From: an uncultured Lentimicrobiaceae bacterium | GTDB taxonomy: Bacteria > Bacteroidota > Bacteroidia > Bacteroidales > F082 | Direction: 5' to 3' | Length of the DNA: 64,000 bases | NCBI GenBank assembly: GCA_964473395.1 | Contig: CAYYOW010000001.1 | Span: 10,237-74,236, forward strand | In this document: positions 1 to 7,530 of the stretch, piece by piece | Layout: every line of letters starts with the position of its first letter | Position numbering within the stretch: position 1 is the stretch's first letter | Program-made: the position numbers and the translations under genes | Notes under the pieces: generated by a model | The model's database searches: none | Seen by the model: the letters and a program-made list of their open reading frames with translations, nothing else | What the model was told of the DNA's origin: nothing

Positions 1-976
1 ATCGTATGTAATCATATGGATTATAGCTATTTATTTTAACGGGGGATATGACAAACCGTTACGTATCCGCCCGGTGATACGTGGAGTTTTTTCGGGAACT
101 GTTTTAATACTTATCCTGTATGCGCTGGTGCCGGATAGTTTGCGGTTTTCTCGGGGACAGATTCTCACGGATATGACCTGGGCGCTTGTCAATCTGAGTG
201 CACTACGGTTTTTGCTTCATGTTCTGAGCATCCCCGGATTTAAACTTGGGAAGCCGGCCAACAAGCGGTTTTTGGTTATCGGTGATGAAAAAGAGGCCAG
301 GCGTGTGGCGTCTATTCTAAAAAATTCTTACGTTACCCCGGGCTTTGTCGGGCTCATAAGTCCTGATGAAAAAGTCGAAAAGCCGAAAGGCTTTTTGGGA
401 AATATCTTACAGGTAAAAGATATTATCAATATCTTTTCTGTCGATGAAGTTATTTTCTGCTCAAAAAGCATTTCTCATCAGACCATTATTGACAAAATGA
501 CCGGATGGAAATCGGAACATATCGATTTTAAAATCGCTCCGGAAGACAGCCTTTCTATTATCGGTAGTAGCTCCATCAACACGCAGGGCGAATTATACAC
601 AGTGGATATTAATTCGGTGGATAAACCTGCAAACCTGCGGAGCAAGCGGCTTTTCGATATGATAACGTCGCTGGTATTTTTGGTACTTTATCCTGTAATT
701 TTGTTTCTTGTGAGACATCCGGTGGGATTTCTAAAAAATATTCTTAAAGTTTTGTTTGGCTCCAGGTCGTGGGTGGGTTATACTCCTGTGAGCGAAGCCG
801 CTATTCATCTGCCGGATATAAAACGCGGTGTACTTTCACCAGCAGATGGTATGAAACCTGATGTGCCTGACGATGAAATCTTACAGAAACTCAATGTCTT
901 GTATGCCCGCGATTATAGTGTCCAAAAAGATTTGAATCTTATTCTATCTGCTTTTAGGAAGCTGGGACAGTCATAA
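1..976 (+). CDS. C-terminal part of a glycosyltransferase/sugar-transferase-like membrane protein (5' truncated by the window edge)
   Basis: Frame is open from position 2 (SYVIIWIIAIYFNGGYDKP..). TM helices, a Rossmann-like FLVIGD..EARRV segment, and the sugar-transferase-like KRLFD..SLVFL and ARDYS..KDL motifs. Confidence 0.7.
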   Translation, partial: SYVIIWIIAIYFNGGYDKPLRIRPVIRGVFSGTVLILILYALVPDSLRFSRGQILTDMTWALVNLSALRFLLHVLSIPGFKLGKPANKRFLVIGDEKEARRVASILKNSYVTPGFVGLISPDEKVEKPKGFLGNILQVKDIINIFSVDEVIFCSKSISHQTIIDKMTGWKSEHIDFKIAPEDSLSIIGSSSINTQGELYTVDINSVDKPANLRSKRLFDMITSLVFLVLYPVILFLVRHPVGFLKNILKVLFGSRSWVGYTPVSEAAIHLPDIKRGVLSPADGMKPDVPDDEILQKLNVLYARDYSVQKDLNLILSAFRKLGQS

Positions 977-1006
977 ACTCCATATTTCAGAAATGTTGTA
1001 TAATAA

Positions 1007-1813
1007 ATGAAGAAAATAAAAAAGTCGCTCAAGGCCATGGGTGCTATTCTCAGAAATCCCTGGCTACTGAATCGGGTGCTGGCAGATGATACGGTTTGGG
1101 AAAAGTATCTTCATAAGAAAAACCATCCTGAAAAAGGGTTGCCTGTAGTTGAGCTTGATACGCTCTTCCCGGAATTTTCAGAAGTGCTGAATACTTTTGC
1201 GTTTTTGGATGGAGGGTCATTGCCAATAGATGTTGCACTACTGAAGTTGCTGGCAAAGCAATACGCTGATTGTAAGTATTTTGAAATTGGCACATGGCGT
1301 GGTGAGAGTGTGGCTAATGTAGCCGATGTAGCATCCCAATGTTTCACTTTGAATCTCTCCAAAAGGGAGATGTTGGAAAGAGGGCTGGATGAGAAATACG
1401 CTGATTTACATGGTTTTTTCTCCAAAGGAAAGGAAAATATTACCCATTTGGAGGGCAATTCGCTGACTTTCGATTTTTCCGGATTCAACAAAAAATTCGA
1501 TTTGATTTTTATCGATGGCGACCATCATTATGATGTTGTAAAAAAGGATACGGAAAACGTTTTTGCTCATCTGGTTCATGAGAAAAGTATTGTTGTTTGG
1601 CACGATTATGCCTACCACCCCGAAAAAATGCGACCGGAAGTATTTGCTGCCATTATGGATGGGATGCCGGCTGACAAACGGAAATACCTCGTGCATGCTG
1701 CCAATACAATATGTGCTGTTTTTGTTCCGGAGGTCTTGAAAACCCATCCTTTGAAAACCCCGGTTAAGCCCTGCAAACGATTCAAAATAAGTATTGAATC
1801 TCAAAAATTATAA
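1007..1813 (+). CDS. class I SAM-dependent methyltransferase (Methyltransf_24-like)
   Basis: YFEIGTWRGES motif I, FDLIFIDGDHHY, VVWHDY. Confidence 0.85.
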   Translation: MKKIKKSLKAMGAILRNPWLLNRVLADDTVWEKYLHKKNHPEKGLPVVELDTLFPEFSEVLNTFAFLDGGSLPIDVALLKLLAKQYADCKYFEIGTWRGESVANVADVASQCFTLNLSKREMLERGLDEKYADLHGFFSKGKENITHLEGNSLTFDFSGFNKKFDLIFIDGDHHYDVVKKDTENVFAHLVHEKSIVVWHDYAYHPEKMRPEVFAAIMDGMPADKRKYLVHAANTICAVFVPEVLKTHPLKTPVKPCKRFKISIESQKL

Positions 1814-1975
1814 TCTCCTGTATTCCTTTTACCACAATTGGTGAAAATTTTCTGGGACAGAAATATACATAGAAATACGAAATTTGAAAAGCATTCGTAA
1901 ATATTCTGTATAGATTTGAGAACCATAATGTTAATTAAGAATGAAACTTTAGTTATATAGAAACCATTAAAACAT

Positions 1976-1983
1976 TATTTTTG
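1976..1983 (+). promoter_or_regulatory. Bacteroidota -7 promoter element (TAnnTTTG) for ruvX-def
   Basis: TATTTTTG 11 nt before the ruvX ATG. Confidence 0.55.
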
Positions 1984-1994
1984 CAGCTTAATTT

Positions 1995-2408
1995 ATGGGA
2001 AGAATTATAGCGATAGATTACGGGCAAAAAAGGGTTGGCCTTGCGGTAACCGACGAGTTGCAGATTATTGCCACTGGGCTGGAAACCGTGGCGGCGAAAG
2101 ATGTGTGGAAATATCTCTCAGATTACTTGCAGCGCGAAAATGTGGAGGCCATTGTTGTAGGCGAACCTCGCGACATGATGAACCGTCCATCGGATTCGAG
2201 TCGCTTTGTGGAACCTTTCGTTAGGAAATTAAGAAAGGCTTATCCCGATATGAAGATAGAACGTTTTGATGAACGTTTTACATCAAAAATAGCTTTTCAG
2301 ACTATGATTGATGGCGGGCTGGGAAAGAAAAAACGTCGCAACAAGGCCCTAATTGATACCATCAGCGCAACCCTGATCCTACAATCTTATCTTGAATCAG
2401 TAAAATAG
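1995..2408 (+). CDS. ruvX: Holliday junction resolvase RuvX / pre-16S rRNA nuclease YqgF
   Basis: RIIAIDYGQKRVGLAVTD, DERFTS and IDTISATLILQSYL motifs. Confidence 0.95.
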   Translation: MGRIIAIDYGQKRVGLAVTDELQIIATGLETVAAKDVWKYLSDYLQRENVEAIVVGEPRDMMNRPSDSSRFVEPFVRKLRKAYPDMKIERFDERFTSKIAFQTMIDGGLGKKKRRNKALIDTISATLILQSYLESVK

Positions 2409-2415
2409 AAACCTT

Positions 2416-2985
2416 ATGTTACCCATCACCGCATACGGACATCCCACCTTGAAAAAGAAAGGGGAAATTATTGACAAAGACTATCCGGGACTGGAGAAGC
2501 TTATTGAAGACATGTTTAAAACCATGTATGAGTCTAACGGCGTAGGTCTGGCTGCCCAGCAGGTAAACCGCACCATCCGGCTCTTTTTGGTCGATGCCTC
2601 ACCTTTTGCAGAAGAACATCCTGAGACCAACAATTTTAAACGTGTTTTTATAAATGCTCATATTGACCGTGAGGAAGGCGAAGTATGGGAATTTGAAGAG
2701 GGTTGCCTGAGTGTTCCGGGTATCAACGAGTATGTTTCGCGTAAGCCCGTTATTTACATGAGTTATTACGACGAAAGTTTCAATTTTCATAAAAGTGAGA
2801 GGTTTGAGGGTATTCCGGCACGCATCATGCAGCACGAATATGACCACACCGAGGGTATTCTTTTTGTTGACCGCCTTCCCAGTTTTAAAAAGTTACTTCT
2901 AAAAAGGAAACTCAGCGACATAAGTGCCGGCAAACACAAAGCTACCTACAAGATGATTTATCCGCGAAAGAAGGTAAAACATTAA
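2416..2985 (+). CDS. def: peptide deformylase
   Basis: GVGLAAQQ, EGCLSVPG and QHEYDH motifs. Confidence 0.97.
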   Translation: MLPITAYGHPTLKKKGEIIDKDYPGLEKLIEDMFKTMYESNGVGLAAQQVNRTIRLFLVDASPFAEEHPETNNFKRVFINAHIDREEGEVWEFEEGCLSVPGINEYVSRKPVIYMSYYDESFNFHKSERFEGIPARIMQHEYDHTEGILFVDRLPSFKKLLLKRKLSDISAGKHKATYKMIYPRKKVKH

Positions 2986-2996
2986 CTAATAATAAT

Positions 2997-3584
2997 TTAA
3001 TTGAGATTCGGATTTACCGGAAACTTATCCCATAAGCGATAATCCTGGCCAAGTTTGCGGGTCAGCTTTTTCCACAACAAGTCCGATTTGGTTGTGAGTA
3101 TGATTTCAGCGGATGCCTTGGTAATGGCCCATGAATTTCTTTTTAACTCTTCCTCCATTTGGCGGGCTCCCCATCCGGCATAGCCGAGAAAAAACCTGCT
3201 ATTTTGTGGGGTAAGCCTTTTCAACTGCGTCATTTCAAGCACATCTTCCATATTTCCACCCCAAAAAAGTCCTTTCAGAATCTCGATAGAGTCACTAATT
3301 TGGTCGCCAAGGGAGTGAATAAAAAACAGACGGTTTGGTTCCACCGGTCCGCCAAGGTATAACGGAGTTTCCAACTCGGGAAAATCTTCCGATACTTCGC
3401 TAAGCAATTTGCTTACAGGTTTGTTCAGTATAAGGCCAAAAGAACCCTCCGGATTATGTTCGGCCAGTAAAATAACCGAACGGCCAAAATAATAATCTCC
3501 CATGAAAGGCTCTGACAGCAACAACCGGCCTTTTGCAGGCTTCAGATTATTGGGTTTTATTTGTACCAGTCGGTCGATTTTCAT
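2997..3584 (-). CDS. YqgE/AlgH family protein
   Basis: FGRSVILLAEHNPEGSFGLILNKP, YLGGPV, FFLGYAGWGARQMEEELKRNSW. Confidence 0.93.
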   Translation of the reverse strand: MKIDRLVQIKPNNLKPAKGRLLLSEPFMGDYYFGRSVILLAEHNPEGSFGLILNKPVSKLLSEVSEDFPELETPLYLGGPVEPNRLFFIHSLGDQISDSIEILKGLFWGGNMEDVLEMTQLKRLTPQNSRFFLGYAGWGARQMEEELKRNSWAITKASAEIILTTKSDLLWKKLTRKLGQDYRLWDKFPVNPNLN

Positions 3585-3646
3585 TTTTCCGCTTATTACT
3601 TTATTTTTACACCCTATTAATTAATCAAAAAACATACCAAACCATT

Positions 3647-5032
3647 TTGGATAAGACAAACAATCACAACAGGTTTCTTGAGCTGCGAAATGCTTACCCA
3701 TACTTTGCGTTTCAAAGTTATTCTATTTTCCGGACAAAAACAAATCTGCGGGTAAAATACCTTTTCGACCTGGCAGGAAAGTACTCATTTCAGCCGGAGA
3801 TAGAAATACCTTTACGTGATTTTTACAACTTTGAAAATGTACCAGATAACGTTGTCGATAATCTAATTTTTAATATCGGTATGGTGGAGTTGGTGAGCTA
3901 CTGGAAAGCAGCCTGTCCGCCAAAGGTGATTGTGCGGGCAGGCCATCTGGATGCAGAACAGATCTCCTGGTGGAAAAAGCTCTATTTCAATGGTTTGGGC
4001 GAGTTTTTCTATCTCAATGGTATAAAGGTGAATAGGGATTATTTCATGGAAATCATTTCAGAAGGTGAGGCGAAAGAAATTTCAAATGTAAGGCTTGATA
4101 GTGAACAAGTGCTGGTTCCCATTGGGGGGGGCAAAGATTCTGCAGTAAGCCTTGAATTATTGAAGATAAGAGACTTAAAAGTAATACCGTTTTTGCTGAA
4201 TCCCCGCGAAGCCAGCCTGCGAACCATCCATATTTCCGGTTTTTCAGAAGAGAATTCCATCATTGTCAACCGGAAGCTTGACCTTAAATTACTGGAACTA
4301 AACGAAGCCGGATTTTTGAACGGCCATACGCCGTTTTCGGCGTTGTTGGCTTTTGTGTCAGCTTTCACAGCACTTTTGTCAGGCAGCGGTAATATTGCTC
4401 TTTCCAACGAAAGCAGCGCCAACCAAAGTACAGTTCCGGGCTCCAAAATCAACCATCAATATTCCAAATCGTTTGAATTTGAACAAGATTTCAACGGGTA
4501 TGTGAAAAGATATATCCACCCGGAATTGCACTATTTCAGTTTTCTGCGGCCCCTGAATGAATTACAGATTGCTGCTTTGTTCTCCAAATTTCCACAGCAC
4601 CATTTTAGCTTTCGTAGTTGCAACGTGGGCGGCAAAACGGACAGCTGGTGCGGAGATTGTCCCAAATGTTTATTTACTTACGTGATGTTATCGCCTTTTT
4701 TACCCCAAGAAAAATTAGAGAAAATATTTGGTAAAAACCTACTGGAAGACAGCAGCCTGAAAACGATTATGGACAAGCTGGATGGTAAAGCGGCCGTGAA
4801 ACCTTTTGAATGCGTGGGGACACCGGAAGAAGTAAATGCTGCACTTTGGGAATCGGTCGACACCAAAAAAGTTGACGTACAAATTCCGTTGGTTCAAAAC
4901 ATTGTTTTGCAGGAAAGCAGACCGGATAATGAAGCTTTTCAAAAGTTGCTTCACCATCTGAACCAAGAGCATTTTCTTTCGGAAAAGTTCTTCCAAATTA
5001 TTAAAAAGGCCATCGACAATGTTACCGTTTAA
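3647..5032 (+). CDS. murL: UDP-MurNAc-L-Ala-L-Glu epimerase MurL (probable start TTG 3647; the ORF-track start 3533 overlaps the divergent gene)
   Basis: PP-loop VPIGGGKDS, NGHTPFSA, SNESSAN, INHQYSKS, FRSCN, WCGDCPKC and KPFECVG motifs; overlaps a murD-family gene. Confidence 0.85.
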   Translation: MDKTNNHNRFLELRNAYPYFAFQSYSIFRTKTNLRVKYLFDLAGKYSFQPEIEIPLRDFYNFENVPDNVVDNLIFNIGMVELVSYWKAACPPKVIVRAGHLDAEQISWWKKLYFNGLGEFFYLNGIKVNRDYFMEIISEGEAKEISNVRLDSEQVLVPIGGGKDSAVSLELLKIRDLKVIPFLLNPREASLRTIHISGFSEENSIIVNRKLDLKLLELNEAGFLNGHTPFSALLAFVSAFTALLSGSGNIALSNESSANQSTVPGSKINHQYSKSFEFEQDFNGYVKRYIHPELHYFSFLRPLNELQIAALFSKFPQHHFSFRSCNVGGKTDSWCGDCPKCLFTYVMLSPFLPQEKLEKIFGKNLLEDSSLKTIMDKLDGKAAVKPFECVGTPEEVNAALWESVDTKKVDVQIPLVQNIVLQESRPDNEAFQKLLHHLNQEHFLSEKFFQIIKKAIDNVTV

Positions 5033-6299
5033 AGAAATATTCACGGAAGGGAAGTCTACTCTTATCCTCGGCTTTGGAAAGGAGGGACGTTCGACATTTT
5101 CCTTTTTATCGAAACATTTTCCGGGATGCAAAGTTGGGATTGCCGACCAAAATACACAGATTGCGGATGAGGAAATTAATACTCCGCTTCATCTCGGTAA
5201 GGATTATCTGCAAGCCATAAACAATTACGATTTGATTATCAAATCACCTGGAATCATACTTGGGGATATTCCGGAAAACACAAAAGAAAAAATCACTTCC
5301 CAAACGGACCTTTTCCTACATAAATTTGGCCGGCAAACTATTGGCGTAACAGGAACTAAAGGGAAAAGTACTACGGCCAGTCTGATTTATCATCTACTGA
5401 AAAATACGGGAAAACATGCTGTATTAATGGGCAATATCGGTCTGCCTGCCTTCGATTTTATTGAAAAGATTAATGCTGATGATCTAATTGTTTATGAATT
5501 GTCGGCTCACCAGCTCGAGTTGGTACACAGCAGCCCACATATAGCTGTGTTACTGAATATTTTTCCTGAACATTTGGATTATTTCGGCACTTTTGAACGA
5601 TACAAACGGGCTAAACTGAACATTTTCCGATTTCAAAAAACAGGTGACAACGCCTTTTGTGGAGAAGAGATTCCGGATATGGCTGGCCATTGCGAAACGG
5701 CAAAGAGTTTGAAAAATGGCTTTCGTCCAGAAGATCTGCTGCTACGTTGCGGTTTAATGGGCGAACATAATCTGAATAATATTCTGCTGGCTTTTCGTGT
5801 CCTACATTGTCTTGGGATACCGCTTACCTTGCTACCACAGGCTTTAACCGGCTTCAACACTTTGCCTCACAGGCTGGAATATGTTGGACATTTTGGCGGT
5901 GTTGATTTTTACAACGACAGTATCTCCACCGTTCCACAATCGACCATGGCGGCGGTAAAAAGTATCCCGCAGGTGGATACACTTATTCTCGGTGGTTTCG
6001 ACCGTGGACTTGACTATAAGGAATTGGTAGATTTTTTAACGGAAACAGAAATAAAAAATATTTTCTTTCTCGGAAAAGCGGGAGAGAGGATATTGAAGCT
6101 GTTTGAAGCCACAGTTAACCATAAAAACCTTTTTCCGGTAGTTGGTTTGTCTGATATTTTTGTTCAATTGCAAGAACTTCAAGATGTTTCCTGTTGTCTG
6201 TTATCACCTGCTGCCGCGAGTTACGACCAGTTTCATAACTTCGAACACCGGGGAGATTTTTTTAGGAAGTTGGCAGAGAAGTTTGGGAAAAATAAATAA
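5019..6299 (+). CDS. murD: UDP-MurNAc-L-Ala--glutamate ligase, probably the L-Glu-specific MurD2 type
   Basis: ILGFGKEG, IIKSPGI, GVTGTKGKSTT, YELSAHQL, PHRLE, YNDSIST, LLSPAAASYDQF..FEHRG; coupled to murL. Confidence 0.9.
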   Translation: MLPFKEIFTEGKSTLILGFGKEGRSTFSFLSKHFPGCKVGIADQNTQIADEEINTPLHLGKDYLQAINNYDLIIKSPGIILGDIPENTKEKITSQTDLFLHKFGRQTIGVTGTKGKSTTASLIYHLLKNTGKHAVLMGNIGLPAFDFIEKINADDLIVYELSAHQLELVHSSPHIAVLLNIFPEHLDYFGTFERYKRAKLNIFRFQKTGDNAFCGEEIPDMAGHCETAKSLKNGFRPEDLLLRCGLMGEHNLNNILLAFRVLHCLGIPLTLLPQALTGFNTLPHRLEYVGHFGGVDFYNDSISTVPQSTMAAVKSIPQVDTLILGGFDRGLDYKELVDFLTETEIKNIFFLGKAGERILKLFEATVNHKNLFPVVGLSDIFVQLQELQDVSCCLLSPAAASYDQFHNFEHRGDFFRKLAEKFGKNK

Positions 6300-6327
6300 A
6301 AAACGGGGCTTTCGCCCCGTTTTTTTT
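6298..6327. terminator. bidirectional intrinsic terminator
   Basis: AAAAAACGGGGC-TTTC-GCCCCGTTTTTT between convergent murD and thx. Confidence 0.9.
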
Positions 6328-6331
6328 ATTG

Positions 6332-6649
6332 TTATGCTTTTTCTTCTTCGACTTTTATTTTTACAGTTGTTTTTTTTACCGGAGCCTTCTTAGCAGGTGC
6401 TTTTTTTTCAGCAGGTTTTTTTATCTCCTTTTCTTCGGATTTAACAACCTTTTTTACCGCCACTCTCTTTTTAGCAACAACTTTTTTTGGTTTTGGCTTT
6501 TCCTCCACTGTTTTAACTACTACTTCTTTGGGAACCTCAGCAACAACCGGTTTCTCAAACTTCGCGTTAAGTTTTTTTCTTCTTCTTAATCTCCCGTACG
6601 AACCGTTTACAATTTTACCTCTTTTCGTCTTTTTGTCACCTTTTCCCAT
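6332..6649 (-). CDS. 30S ribosomal protein THX (bS31) with a Lys/Ala/Val/Pro-rich C-terminal extension
   Basis: The N-terminus MGKGDKKTKRGKIVNGSYGRLRRRK is the THX signature; about 75 aa of low-complexity basic tail follow. Confidence 0.85.
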   Translation of the reverse strand: MGKGDKKTKRGKIVNGSYGRLRRRKKLNAKFEKPVVAEVPKEVVVKTVEEKPKPKKVVAKKRVAVKKVVKSEEKEIKKPAEKKAPAKKAPVKKTTVKIKVEEEKA

Positions 6650-6728
6650 TGTTATATAGTTTTAAATGAATGATTAGATTTAATTTACTGCTGTAAAATT
6701 ATTAAAAAAACCACAGTCTCCAAAATTA

Positions 6729-7415
6729 TTACCCGATTTTTCTTTTTTGAAGAAACTCTTTCTCAAAAAGTTCGGAATGTTTGATAGTGCGTTTTGCCCA
6801 TTCGATGAGGATATCCAGCTTCTCCTCATCACTTAACTGCCAGGAAATAGATGACTTCCTCAGTTTTTCCGTAAGGGCGAAAAGTGTTAGTGCTGCAGAA
6901 ACAGAGATATTGTAGCTCTCTGTAAATCCGTACATAGGAATGCGCAGGTACTCATCAGCATGGACAATAGCCGCTTCTGAGAGGCCTTTCAATTCCGTTC
7001 CGAAGACCAATGCCATCTTCCCGTCAAGGGGAATCTCTTCCAGCGTCTGATCATTGGTATGCGGTGTAGTGGCCACTATTCTGTAGCCGGCTTTGCGCAA
7101 AGCATCATAAGCCACCGGTGTGTTGTCTTCCGATTCATTGTACTTTATCAGGTTCAGCCACTTAGAAGAGCCCATGGCCACTTCCGGATTTACCTGATAC
7201 CGGTTCCTGTTTTCAATAATGTGAATATCCTGAATACCGGTGAGATCGGCACTACGCAGCACAGCACTTGCATTGTGTGGCTGATAAATATCTTCCAGTA
7301 CCACCGTGATATGCCGTGTGCGGTTCTGAATAACTTTATCGAAGAGCTGCCTCCGGTTTTCGGTAAGATATCCCGACAGAAAGTCTAAAAATTCATTTTT
7401 CGTTTGTATGTCCAT
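6729..7415 (-). CDS. trmH: TrmH/SpoU family RNA 2'-O-methyltransferase
   Basis: VVLEDIYQPHNASAVLRS, LVFGTE..GLS and IPMYGFTESYNISVSAA SPOUT motifs. Confidence 0.9.
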   Translation of the reverse strand: MDIQTKNEFLDFLSGYLTENRRQLFDKVIQNRTRHITVVLEDIYQPHNASAVLRSADLTGIQDIHIIENRNRYQVNPEVAMGSSKWLNLIKYNESEDNTPVAYDALRKAGYRIVATTPHTNDQTLEEIPLDGKMALVFGTELKGLSEAAIVHADEYLRIPMYGFTESYNISVSAALTLFALTEKLRKSSISWQLSDEEKLDILIEWAKRTIKHSELFEKEFLQKRKIG

Positions 7416-7530
7416 ACGCGAAGCAGAACCAGGGGACTCAGTCCCCGGTCAATTATATTACCTCCTACAGAGGCTGATTAGTTATTGATTCGGAGCACAT
7501 GATTATGAAACAGATATGGAATATATCATA

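Noticed and set aside
1995-3584. yqgF(ruvX) close to yqgE, as in the proteobacterial operon
   Set aside because: They are convergent and separated by def; proximity alone gives no evidence of co-regulation
3533-3646. N-terminal extension of MurL
   Set aside because: It overlaps the divergent yqgE start and its promoter region; TTG 3647 is more plausible
4124-4131. G8 run in murL as a phase-variation tract (also G7 runs in argD and argB)
   Set aside because: The runs encode conserved Gly-Gly motifs, are short, and the frames are intact
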